Source: a virus
Taxonomy: Duplodnaviria; Caudoviricetes
DNA: 64,000 nt
Reading direction: 5' to 3' (one strand)
Virus record (IMG/VR): IMGVR_UViG_3300022591_000002
Part shown: one piece after another, positions 49,651 to 61,900 of the stretch
Layout of the letters: each line of letters begins with the position of its first letter
Position numbering within the stretch: position 1 is the first letter of the stretch
Translations under genes and position numbers: made by a program
Notes under the pieces: model-generated
The model's input: the letters and a program-made list of their open reading frames with translations, nothing else
Databases searched by the model: none
What the model was told of the DNA's origin: nothing

Positions 49651-49675
49651 AAAGGACTCTTAGGAGTCCTTTTTT
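49651..49675 (+). terminator. Rho-independent terminator
   Basis: AAAGGACTC-TTAG-GAGTCCTTTTTT. Confidence 0.88.
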
Positions 49676-49677
49676 AT

Positions 49678-49947
49678 ATGAAAACGTTAGAGACAAGTTT
49701 AGACTGGAATGCAATCGAAGCCGAAATAAAAGGCTTAGAAAACACCCTCCCGTTGTTCAAACATGATGTACAACGTTTTATAAAAGCAATACGTGAAGAT
49801 GTAACAGAGTTAAGCAAATTAGAAGTAGACCTTCGCAGAACACACTCGAAGCAGTTAGAACGAGAGTGTGCTTCTAAAGTATCAAAAATCAACGAACAAA
49901 TCAAATTAGTACATAAATTTCATTTTATGAGCCTTCTAGCACAGTAG
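49678..49947 (+). CDS. Hypothetical helical protein (89 aa)
   Basis: ORF in track with typical strand and size; no motif recognised. Confidence 0.55.
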   Translation: MKTLETSLDWNAIEAEIKGLENTLPLFKHDVQRFIKAIREDVTELSKLEVDLRRTHSKQLERECASKVSKINEQIKLVHKFHFMSLLAQ

Positions 49948-49960
49948 GTAAATAAGATGT

Positions 49961-50482
49961 ATGGCTATTCAATCTAACCTCTTTCGTGCTCAAATTATTG
50001 ATCAAACTACTGATACAGTGGATGACATCGAGTGGCAGTTAATTAACAAACCGCAGACTATTAGAAACGTTCGACACCTAAGTAATACTTCAGTTGGTAA
50101 TATTAGAGAGCGCACTTGGTTTATAAATTTCCTACATTTTAAAGTAGACGAAACTCTTCCTAGTGTAATCACTGGTATTAAAGTTATAACCAAATGCCGT
50201 AGAAGAGGTAGAATTTTTGATGAAACTATAGCCTTAAGATACGGTGGCAATATTGTTAGCGATAACAAGACATCCTATCTTACAGACGTAGAACAGCATC
50301 TTTATAATAACGATATCATGACATATGGTGGTGAAAACGATATGTGGGGAGCTAGTATTACTTCAGATATGGTACGTGATCCTAGCTGGGGATTAACCAT
50401 GCGTTTTCAAGCACATCCTATGTATCCGCATAATGATGGAATGCAAATTGACATGGTCCAAATTTGTTTTTACGGCGAATAA
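49961..50482 (+). CDS. Hypothetical late protein (173 aa)
   Basis: ATG 6 nt downstream of TAAATA (49949-49954). Confidence 0.6.
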   Translation: MAIQSNLFRAQIIDQTTDTVDDIEWQLINKPQTIRNVRHLSNTSVGNIRERTWFINFLHFKVDETLPSVITGIKVITKCRRRGRIFDETIALRYGGNIVSDNKTSYLTDVEQHLYNNDIMTYGGENDMWGASITSDMVRDPSWGLTMRFQAHPMYPHNDGMQIDMVQICFYGE

Positions 50483-50505
50483 ATACACTAAAGGAATCAA
50501 TCTAA

Positions 50506-51639
50506 ATGGCTATCAGTGACGTACTACGTGTTCAAGGGGATTATATAATCCAAGCCCCTAACGGCAATATTACATTAAACCCTGGAATTTCATTTACCAA
50601 TCTTGATGGTAATACTGCTACGACTGGTGTAGTTGTTGTTGAAGGCAATTTAGAAGTTCGCGGAACAACTACTACAATAGAATCAACAACTGCAACTATT
50701 CGTGATAACATTATTGTATTGAATAGTGGACAGACAGGAAGCGATACTATAACTAACGGCTCTGCTGGCTTTTGGGTCGACAGAGGTGACAATGCCGCAA
50801 TAGGCACACGTGCTAGTTTAGAATTTGAAGATGCGTATACTTGGACTCCATACTTTGGCTTTGCAGGAACAAAACCTAAAGGCTCTTGGAACTTTGTTAA
50901 CAGCAACAAAGGCGCCGCAATTAAAGTTAATGCTATCCGCTTAGGGTCAAGCCCACAGTTAGCTAAAGGTACAGGACAGTTAGGAATTCAAACACTAAGC
51001 CTATTTGGTAATGAAAACCAATTTGCTATATTAAGTGTGTCCGGTACTCACAATTACGAAGACAACATTGATTCTATACAGGACGAGGATGCTATTCCTA
51101 ACCTTAGATGGGTTAAGCGTTATGTGCTCAATGCGGCTTCAACGCCCCCTAATGTTAGAAAACTAACACAGCTAAACAGCTCTGTGACATTAACTGATAA
51201 CGGTGTAGATGCACCAGATGTTAAAATTAATCTAGGTGGTCCAAACGTACAGTACACCTTTAAGTCTAACGGCGAATTACGCATTGATGGACAAAATGCT
51301 AGTATGAGTATACTAGATAACTCGTTTACTGCGGTTGCAACTACAGCATCTTCTGCACCACTAATATTAACAGCGAGCGGAAACGCAGGTATTGCTCTAA
51401 GAAGTTATGCTGTTTTATCAAATGCTACACAATCTGCGGCCAATTGGACAGCGGCCAAAAACAACTTAGGAGTAGGCGATACTATTGTTTACTCAAGTTC
51501 TACTTCAGTCGTTACCGGTGGCGGAACAAACTTGTTTTTTGTAAATAGTAACAATAAAGTAGATCCAACTACAAACACCGTTATCCCAGAAGAATTGGTA
51601 TCACGCAGAAGAGCATTAGTTTATGCTATTGTATTTTAA
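50506..51639 (+). CDS. Virion structural/fibre-type protein (377 aa)
   Basis: GNLEVRGTTTTIESTTATIRDNIIVLNSG module typical of phage fibre shafts; TAAATA at 50480-50485; ends ELVSRRRALVYAIVF. Confidence 0.6.
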   Translation: MAISDVLRVQGDYIIQAPNGNITLNPGISFTNLDGNTATTGVVVVEGNLEVRGTTTTIESTTATIRDNIIVLNSGQTGSDTITNGSAGFWVDRGDNAAIGTRASLEFEDAYTWTPYFGFAGTKPKGSWNFVNSNKGAAIKVNAIRLGSSPQLAKGTGQLGIQTLSLFGNENQFAILSVSGTHNYEDNIDSIQDEDAIPNLRWVKRYVLNAASTPPNVRKLTQLNSSVTLTDNGVDAPDVKINLGGPNVQYTFKSNGELRIDGQNASMSILDNSFTAVATTASSAPLILTASGNAGIALRSYAVLSNATQSAANWTAAKNNLGVGDTIVYSSSTSVVTGGGTNLFFVNSNNKVDPTTNTVIPEELVSRRRALVYAIVF

Positions 51640-51648
51640 GGAAATTAT

Positions 51649-52008
51649 ATGATCGTAAGTACACAAATCACAGGCGCACCACAGTCGACAAACATTTTCT
51701 TTGCCAGCACAGGTAGCCAGTACGCTGTGACGACAATTATATTATGTAATACTTCAAATGCGGCAACAGCTCAAGTCAGCGTGTTTGCACAAAGTTTTGC
51801 AGGTGGCGGCGCTATTGGCGCAACAGGCAATTTAGGTATTGGTACAAGTACCTGTATTCTAAATTCTATTACTATTCCACCAACAGAAACTTTTGTTATG
51901 GATACAGAAAAGTTTATTTTAGAAAGCAACGACCGTTTAGATGCTCAAGAAGTTTCTGGTAACGGCGGTATTGTAACCTGCACAGTTAGCGCAATAGCGA
52001 CATCATAA
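51649..52008 (+). CDS. Small beta-rich virion protein (119 aa)
   Basis: YAVTTIILCNTS...IPPTETFVMDTEKFILESNDRLDA; cotranscribed with flanking structural genes. Confidence 0.55.
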   Translation: MIVSTQITGAPQSTNIFFASTGSQYAVTTIILCNTSNAATAQVSVFAQSFAGGGAIGATGNLGIGTSTCILNSITIPPTETFVMDTEKFILESNDRLDAQEVSGNGGIVTCTVSAIATS

Positions 52009-52799
52009 TGAAATACGTAAAAAAACTAAATTTAAACCGCAAGCGTCCAGCTAGCCAGGAATTCAATATAGTCATTGATCACTTTGATCAATACGGACTT
52101 CCACTTGAAAGAATTGAAACTAATAGTGTAGTAAGTACACAAGTGCCATCTGGTCCGCAAAGCACACGCCCTAATGTGTTTAAAAATGGTCAATTACGTT
52201 ATAATCAAACACTACAAGAATTAGAAGCATACGTTAACGGTACTTGGGAAATCTTAAGAACTATTCGTCAACCTAGTATCAGTTATAAGAGTTATTCAAA
52301 TGCAAACTACCTAAACACAATTTTTGGTCCTTTAGCATACGATACAGATCTTACCAAGCCACAAAATATAACTGTGTTTGTTGAAAACGTTCAACAGTTA
52401 CCGGACACTAGTAATATTCCAGGAAGCAATATTTCAGGAAATTTTAAACTAGTAAAAACACCAGCAGTAGTTACAAACTTATCTGCTCCAGTGGTTCAAG
52501 GTGCTATTACTTTGAGCTTACAAAGTCTACAAGACGTAGCAGGTGGTATCAGTCAAAAGATTTCTGGTGCAGGTATTGCTCCGGGTACAGTAGTTCAATC
52601 TATCACCAGTACAGTAACAAATACAATTAGAATTAGTAGTCCTACTACTGCTCCTATTGCTACAAGTACTAATCTTACATTCACATTCTCAACAGGAACC
52701 TACGTACAATTTACTGGTCCTGCTCCATCTAAAACTGTGTATACCTTACAAGGTTACGACGGTTACTTCCCAACACCAAACGGACTTTTTGAGTCCTAA
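52008..52799 (+). CDS. Virion structural protein (263 aa)
   Basis: GPQSTRP...NGQLRYNQTLQELEAYVNGTW fibre-type motif; coupled to the previous gene (TAATG). Confidence 0.55.
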   Translation: MKYVKKLNLNRKRPASQEFNIVIDHFDQYGLPLERIETNSVVSTQVPSGPQSTRPNVFKNGQLRYNQTLQELEAYVNGTWEILRTIRQPSISYKSYSNANYLNTIFGPLAYDTDLTKPQNITVFVENVQQLPDTSNIPGSNISGNFKLVKTPAVVTNLSAPVVQGAITLSLQSLQDVAGGISQKISGAGIAPGTVVQSITSTVTNTIRISSPTTAPIATSTNLTFTFSTGTYVQFTGPAPSKTVYTLQGYDGYFPTPNGLFES

Positions 52800-52823
52800 T
52801 ATTGGTATTTTAAACTAACCAGC

Positions 52824-52922
52824 TAAATACACTTGATGCCGAATTCCGGCAGAACATACTGTGGTAAACCCGCAATGTAAGGTGGTTATCCGTGAAACTC
52901 GGTGTATAAGGAGCTCGTTAGC
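52824..52922 (+). promoter_or_regulatory. TAAATA late promoter plus ~90-nt structured leader of the giant gene
   Basis: TAAATA 52824-52829; hairpins TGCCG/CGGCA, TGTGG/CCGCA, CCG/CGG; ATAC/GTAT closing pair adjacent to AAGGAG (52908-52913). Confidence 0.5.
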
Positions 52923-55900
52923 ATGGCCATAGGTCGCATTACAGGTCCGTTACTTGCAAGCAATTTGCTACGTGACGGCATAGACTTACAAGTCGAAAGT
53001 GGATTACTTTATCTAGACGTTACTAATGGACGCATTGGTGTTAAGACTCAATCACCAGCATATGACCTAGACGTAAACGGAACTCTACACGCAAATAAAC
53101 TAATAGTTGATACAACTTCAACATTAGGTCTCTTACAAATTTCTCGATCAGTGAATAGTGCTACTATTAGCACAATCAGTGGTCCTTTAAATATTACCCC
53201 AGCTACGAATCAAACAGTATTCGTTGGCACAAACACTACAATCGGCGGTAACCTACATGCAATTGGCAACATTACAGCCGATGGCAATATTATCTTAGGT
53301 AGCAATCAACTAGTCGATACCTTGGCACTTGGAGCCGAATTAGTCAGCAGTATTATTCCTAAAGTGAATAATACATACGACATTGGTAGTACAACATCTA
53401 ACTGGGCACACGGTTATTTTAATAGTATTGTAGCAGGCGGATTAGGTTTTGCAGGCAATACAATAACTCCTACAACACCAAACACAGATATTAACATTAG
53501 CCCAACAGGCAACGGTGTTACCAATGTTAATTCAAACATTCGAGTATTGGGTACTAACCCATTAGGTACAGCACCTGTTACTTCAAACGTATTATACGTT
53601 TCTATGGACGGTAGCGATACCAATGACGGACGTGCGGCTGACCCAAGTCGTGCTTGCCGTACAATTAGCGGTGCAACAAAGAGTCCTTACTATCAGTCAG
53701 GTACAAGTATTAAAGTTGCTCCTGGTCGTTATTTAGAAGACAACCCAATTGAATTAAAACCTTATACATCTGTAATTGGTAGTGACTTACGTACAACAGA
53801 CGTTGAGCCAATTAACAAAACTCGCGACTTGTTCCACGTTCAATCTGGTTGCTATGTTGCACAGATGCGTTTGTTAAATGGTCGTTCTGGTTTAATTCCA
53901 GGTGGCTTTGGTGTAAGCGAATACGGATACAAGATTGGTAACAATCGCGGAGCATACGCAACAGCGTTTCCAAATACACAAATCATTGACCTATACCACT
54001 CACCATACATTCAGAACGTAAGTAATCAATCTGGTCCTTGGTTGTATGACGGTACAATGTTTATTCCTAACCAAACAGTTCAAGTTCCTGAAGCTGTTGG
54101 CGTTGCAAGTTATGTAGCAAACACAAATACAATTACAGTTAGCCTTACAACAGGTACTCTATATGTTGGTCAAGCAGTTAACTCAGGTCCTCAAGATGAA
54201 GGATACTTTGCGGCACGTACATTATTACTTGCCAACGAAGCATTTATTCAAGAACAGGTTGTTGCTTGGACCAATCAAGAATACGGCGGCCCATTCCAGT
54301 ACAACGCTACAAAATGTTCACGCGACACTGGCTTAATTATTGACGGCCTAGCACTTGATGCTCTATATGCAGGTACAAGTCAAACAGTATTCTCAGGTTT
54401 ACAATATTGGAACCAAACAGGATACGTTGGCGCAATTGGTGGTGAAGTATCAACTACCACAGCGGCTGTTCAATGGATTTCAAGTTTAACATCTGCAATT
54501 ATTTTAGGTCAAGCAGTACCATTTACATATCAAAATACAGTTACTCAAACAGTAGTAACTAATGTTGGTAACTCTGCAGACGTTACAACAGTACAAAAAG
54601 ATTTCAAAGTTATTACAGATATCATAACAACAGGTACAACTGCGGTTACTGATAAAATTATCGCTAACGGTAGCATTACTACTGCTACTCACACATTAAA
54701 TGCTTACCAAGCATTACAATCGAACAAAGCATTCTTACAAGCAGAAGCCATTGCTTGGGTTGAAGCTAATAAGACTATTGGATTTACTTACAACCAAGCT
54801 AAGTGTTCACGTGACACCGGTTTAATTGTTGATGCTATTGTACAAGATATGTTATTTGGTGGCACAAGCCAATCAACATTTGCAGGTATCCAGTATTGGA
54901 ATCAAGCAGGGTACGTTAACACATTTGCCAATGAGTTAAGTACAACAACTGCGGCTATCAGCTACATTAAAGATCTAGCACAGCGAGTTGTTAAGAACGA
55001 TCTAACAGGAACACGCTATCAAAATAGTGCTCCTCAAATTACAAGTCCAACCCCTGGTACTGTTGCAGAAGCCGCAACTGTTGGCGCAGAGTTTGATGTA
55101 ATTTTAAATATTATCAACAACGGTACAGTCGGTGTAACAGATATTATTGTTCCTAACAGCATCAACGCTAGTGCAGACGTAAATGTTCAACACGCTTACG
55201 CACTATTAGAATCTAACAAAACTTATTTGCAAGCAGAAGCTATTGCTTTTGTTGAAGCTACTAAGACTGTTGGGTTCACATACGATGGTGTTAAGTGCGC
55301 TCGTGATGTTGGCTACATGGTTGACTCGGTTGCATTTGACTTACTATATGGCGGTAATCGTCAAGCAGTTCAGTCAGGTGTTTACTACTACGGTTATTCA
55401 AACACTTCAAGTGCTATTCCAGGTGAAAAAGCACAAACTCTAAATGCATATACTCATATTAGAAGTATCATTGCCGACATTGTAGCAGGTAGTCCGCTAT
55501 CTGTAACTTATCAATATGCAGTTCCACAAGTAACAAATTTAACTCCTGCTACTGCATCTGAAGTAACAACACTACAAAGTAAACTAGATGTTATTACTAC
55601 AATTATTAACAACGGACCTACATCTGCCGCAAGTCCAACAAGCATTCCACAAACTAAGAGCGGAAATGCTAACATATTAAATGCCGCGGCATTGTTAGAA
55701 GCTAACCGTAGTTTCATTCGTGCAGAAACAATCGCATACATAAACGCACAGTACGCAATTTATGATCAGGCAAAATGTCTACGTGATACAGGATTGATTA
55801 TTGATGCACTTGCATTTGACCTATTGTATCCAACAGCTACAGACAGTCAATCAACATTTGCTGGTTTACAATATTGGAACCAAGGCGACTACGTTAAGCC

Positions 55901-58900
55901 AATTGGTAATGAAATTATCACAGCAACTAACGCTGTCTTATTTGCAAGCAAACTTGCACAGAAACTTGTTACAAACTCAACAGCTGGTGCAAGATATCAA
56001 AGCACAGTTACACAGGTAACAACATTACCAGCCGCAACAACAGCTGAAGTTGGCCTAGTTGCTAGCGACTTTGGTGTTGTCCTTGACATCCTTAACAAAG
56101 GTACAGTTGGTGTAACAGATAAGATTGTTCCTAATACCACTGCAAGTTCAACTGCAAGTATTCTACACGCTTACAATATTTTAAATGCTAACCGCACTTA
56201 CATCCAAGCAGAAACTGTTGCTTATGTTGATGCTATTCGCGGTACATTCCCATACAACCACGCCAAGTGCGAACGTGATACACGATTAATTGTTGATGCG
56301 CTTGTACAAGATTTATTATTCCAAGGTTCTAGCCAAACAGTATTTTCAGGTTTGAGCTATTGGAATCAAGCAGGCTATACTGGTTCTATTGCAGGTGAGT
56401 TGTCAACAACTACAAACGCAATTAACTATGTTTCTAGTCTAGCACAAAAAGTTATTCTAAACGACCAAACAGGTGTTCGTTATCAATCGACTGTTACACA
56501 AAACGTCAGCTTTACTCCGGGCACAACATCTGAGAAATCTGCAATTGGTACAGACTTCGCATTGATTGTTGATATTATAACCAACGGCACTAAAGACGTA
56601 ACTGATAGAATTGTTCCTAACGGAATTACAGCAAGTGGCAATAACAACATAACAAATTCCTATAATATTCTACAGGCAAACAAAGCCTATTTGATTGCTG
56701 AAGGTGTTGCCTATGTTGAAGCAACTAAGACTAGTGGCTTTACCTACAATGGTACTAAATGCCAGCGTGATATTGGTTACATGGTTGACTCTGTGTCATT
56801 TGACTTGTTGTATGGCGGTAATCGTCAAGCAGTTCAGTCAGGTGTTTACTACTATAACTTTAACGGCACTACTGCTATTCCTGGTGAATCAGCACAAGTA
56901 CTTGCGGCCTACACACATATTAAAAATATTCTTCCAAGTGTTATTCAAGGATTCTCAACTAGTCCTTATCAAACATGGGAAGCACAAACTACTTCTGGTC
57001 TAGGCGGTTCTAACTCTGAAGTAACTTATGTACAGGCTCTAGTTGATACTCTTGAAAATATTATCCAAAGCGGCCCAAGTCAGGCGCCTGCCGAAGTTCC
57101 AATTGGATTAACACGCAGTACAAATCCAAACGTAATCAATGCGGCTACTCTATTACATTCTAATAGAGAATTTATTGCACAAGAAGTTACAGCGTTCATT
57201 GACGCAACTTACTCATCAAACACATTTACCTATAACGAAGCCAAGTGCAAACGTGACACAGGTTTAATTGTTGATGCATTAGCACAAGACTTATACTTTG
57301 GTGGTACAAGCCAAACAACATTTGCAGGTATCCAGTATTGGAATCATACAAGCCTAGTCGGTGCAATTCCTAGTGAAATTAATACTACCACAGCGGCCAT
57401 TAGTTACGTAGCTACATTGGCACAACGTATTGTTCTAAACGATACAACTGGTATTCGTTACACAACATCAACACAAGTAACAAATTTAAGTGCTCCTGGT
57501 ACAGCGGCCGAAGCGGCAGTAATTGCAAATGAGTTTGCAACTATTTTAAATATTCTAAGCACAGGTACAGTTGGTATTAGTGATAAGATTATTCCAAATG
57601 GAATAACTCCTTCAACTACTGCTAGAGTATTAAATGCCTATGCACTATTGGAAGCTAACAAGACATACTTAGAAGCAGAAGCTGTTGCGTTCGTTGAAGC
57701 AACTAAGACAAGTGGCTTTACTTATAATCAAACTAAGTGTGCTCGTGATGTTGGCTTTATGGTAGACTCAGTTGCATTTGACTTGAAGTGGGGAGGCAAT
57801 CGCCAAGCAGTTCAATCAGGTGTTTACTATTATGGTTATAGCAATAGTTCAAGTGCTATTCCAAACGAAACTACACAAGTACTTGATGCTTATACATATC
57901 TAAGCACTCTTGTTGGCAGTATCATAACAGCAACTCCTGTCATTCCATACCAAACAGACGTTACTCAAGTTTCAAACTTGCCAGGCGCAACAAATGCAGA
58001 AGTTACAACACTACAAAACAATGTTTCTGTAATTAAAAACATTATTGCAAACGGCCCGTTGGTAGCTAGTGCTCCAACATCAATTCCGTTAGTACCAAGT
58101 AGTAATGCTAGCGTATACAATGCTGTTCAACTACTAGAAGCAAATAAAGATTTTATTAAAGCAGAACTAACAGCTTATATTAATCAAAAGTATAATGTAT
58201 TCTCATACAACGAAGACAAGTGCTTCCGTGACACTGGATATATTGTTGATAGTATTGCATTTGATATACTACACGGCGGTAATCGTCAAGCTATTCAGTC
58301 AGGTGTTTACTACTATGGCTTCTCTAGTACTGCAAGTGCTATTCCTGGCGAACAGGCTAATACTATTGCGGCATACAACAGAATTAAAGCAATCATTGGT
58401 CCAATCTTATTAGGACAGGCAATTAATAAATCACCTGGTAACCCAAGCACACAGCAATTAGGATTACCAATTTCAAGTCAGTTGCAAATTACAAACTTGC
58501 AATCTAAAGTTGATAAGATCACAAACATTATTAACATTGGACCAAGTGCGGCCGCAACTCCAACTCCAATTAGCTTAACTATTAGCTCAGATGTAAATGC
58601 ACAAAAAGCATTTAACTACTTGATGGCTAACCGTACGTTTATTGCGAACGAAGTTGTTGCTTATGTTAACGCACAATACGGTACAGCGTTTGAATACGAT
58701 CAAGCCAAGTGCTATCGCGACATTGGCTACATGATTGATTGTGTGTCATTTGACTTACTACGTGGTGGTAACCGTCAAGCTATTCAAGCTGGTACACTAT
58801 ACTTTGGTTACAGCAATACACAAACTCAAGTACCAAATGAACTAACACAAACTGTTATGGCATACAAGTATTTGTCAACAGTGGTTAGTGCAGTTGTTCA

Positions 58901-61900
58901 AAGTCAAGCGTTGACTAGTTTCTATCAGTCAGAAGTTCCACAGGTACTAAATGAAAATGCCAAGAGCAATATTGCAGTTGCCGCAGAGTTAACAGCTGAC
59001 ATTGAGTTAATGACACGTATTATCAGTAACGGTCCTACTGAAGCACCTGCACTGATTCCTATCAGCCTAACTCCTTCAAGCGATACTGCTAGAGCAAATG
59101 CCTATGCACTATTGAAAGCTAACCGTGATTTTATTGTAGCAGAAATTATTGCCTATGTCAATACAATGCCAAACTTCATTTACGATCAAGCCAAGTGCCG
59201 TCGTGACGTTGGCATTATTGTTGAAAACTTGGCCTACGATATTTCCTTTGGCGGTAATGCAAAAGCTGTTGAGTCTGGCTTAGGTTACTACCGTGGTGTT
59301 ACAAGTGTAATCCAAGGTGAAACAACACAGACTATTGGTGCAATTAATTACATCAATACTTTAGCACAAGATGTTATTACAAATACAGTAGCACCAAATC
59401 TAATCGGTGTTACAGCAACTAACGCACAAGTTATTAACACAGCGTTAATTGGTGGCGGCATTGCTAGCACAGCACTTGCCAACGGCGTAGACATTATTAC
59501 AAACATTATTCAGAACGGCCCATCAGCCGCACCAGAAAGCCATATCGGTAGTGCAGTTGACCCAGCGTTTATGAGTGCTGAAATATTATTACAGTTGAAC
59601 AGAAGCTTTATTCAGCAAGAAGTTATTTCTTACATTAATCAAAGTTTCTTAGACTTCCCGTACGATAGTGCAAAATGCCAACGCGATACTGGTTTAATTG
59701 TTGATGCAGTAGCATTTGATATGTTATATCCTGGCAATCAATACAGCCAGTCAACATTTGCCGGCGTTCAATATTGGAGCCAGGGTACTTACACAGGATC
59801 AATTGGTAGCGAGTTGTCGACAACTACAAATGCCGTTGGTTACCTAAAGAGCCTAGCACAAAAAGTTATTCTAAATGATACAAGTGGTGCTCGTTATCAA
59901 AACAACATCAGCCAAACAACTGTTGCCGGCGCACCAGGAACACAAGCTGAAGTAACATTAATTGGCGCAGACTTTGATATTATTGTAGAAGTTATTAACA
60001 ACTATACTGTAACAGGATTACCAATCACTGATGGTATTATTCCTAATGGCTCTGCACTAACTGATATTACTATTAACAACGCCTACGCATTGTTAGTTGC
60101 TAACAGACAATATCTACAAGCAGAAACAGTTGCATGGGTTGAAGCTAACAAGACTGTAGGCTTTACTTATGACAAGGCAAAATGTTTCCGTGATGCAGGA
60201 TACATGGTTGATTCTGTTGCGTTTGACTTATTGCACGGCGGTAATCGTCAAGCAGTTCAGTCAGGCGTTTACTATTACAGCTACACTGGTGGCACAACAC
60301 AGATTCCAAATCAGAAAACTCAAACAGTTGCGGCATTTAACCATGTACGCGATGTTGCAGAATTATTAATTAGAGGCCAGTTAGTAATCCCAACAGTTGG
60401 CAATCCTTTACTACCAGTATCTGGATTACCAGTTGCAAGTGCATCTGAAGTAACTTTAATACAAAATATTTTTGCAAATATTACAAATATTATTACAAAT
60501 GGCCCAAGTGTTGCTGGTACTCCAAACAGTATTAGTTTAACTAAGTCACCTAACATTAATATTCAACGTGCATTTGCTATTTTAGAAGCGAACCGTGCTT
60601 TCTTACAAAAAGAAATGACAGCATGGGTTGACTATACATACAATAGCAACGGCTTTAACTACAATCAAGAAGTATGCTATAGAGATACTGGATTAATTGT
60701 TGACGCAATCAGTCAAGATATTTTATTAGGTGGTAATCACAAATCAATTGAAGCCGCTGTTACCTACTGGGTAGGTGCAGTAAGTGTTATTCAAGGTGAA
60801 ATTACACAAACTACTGCGGCATACAATTATCTAGCAACAGTTGCCGGAAATGTAGTGTCAAACACTACAATGACCAACACATTCTCATACGCTAAACAAA
60901 TTGTTAATCCGTTCTATGACGGTGGCATTTATGCTGTTCCACGTATTAACAGTCTAGTAGCTATGATGAACAACATTATTGCTAATGGTCCAAGTGCGGC
61001 TCCAGATGGTTACGATGGTTCTGGTTTCTTCCCAGTACGTTTTGATCCAATTATTGACAACGTTAACATTGCCCCAGTAATTGCAAGCCTAACAGACAAC
61101 GGTGATGGCACATACAACATTGGCCTAACACAAAATACAGTTGGCGCAGGTACAAACTACACAATGTACTTTGGACAAACATCAGTTTATCCTGTACAAG
61201 ATAAAGATGTCCCAGATGAATGGGCACAACGTAAGATTGATCCATTTGGATCAATGGGTGGTAGCTTAGTTGACGGCGCTGTAATTAGTGATCGTTCACC
61301 AATTCAATCGTTCGTTTACGATGCGTTTACGCAAATCAACCAAGGTGGTGTTGGTATTAAGATTACTAACAACGGCTATGCACAGCTAGTTTCTGTGTTT
61401 ACAATCTTCTGCGGAACATCTGTTATTACAGAGAACGGCGGTATTTGTTCTATTACTAACTCTAACGCCAACTTTGGTGACTACTGCTTGGTATCAAAAG
61501 GTTATGGTCGATTAGATTTCTTTGGTGAAATTTATAACCCACCAGTACTTCCATACTATCCAAACGGTGTATACCCAAGTCAACAGGTTGTTCAGGTTTA
61601 CTGTCCAGATCCTAATGATCGTCCACACATTGGTCAGATCATGGAAGTTGTTGCCCCAGAAGGGTACATAAACAATCAAGGATTGCCAGGCTTCTTGGCC
61701 GCAAATCCAAACACATCAACTATTACAACTGGTACTGTAACAATCCATGGCATTGACAACACTGGTATCGTTATTGGTCAAAACGTTTATGTTCGTGACC
61801 AGTACGGTAACTACACTGACATTGATGGTACATACTATTGTGCAACAGGTACTGTAGTTGCAGACGTTGGATTCCAAAGTCTAACATTAAGTAAAGCTCT

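Noticed and set aside
52861-52905. c-di-GMP-I riboswitch suggested by GGTAAACC and a GAAA-containing loop
   Set aside because: Helix order and tetraloop-receptor elements do not fit; kept only as an unclassified structured leader.
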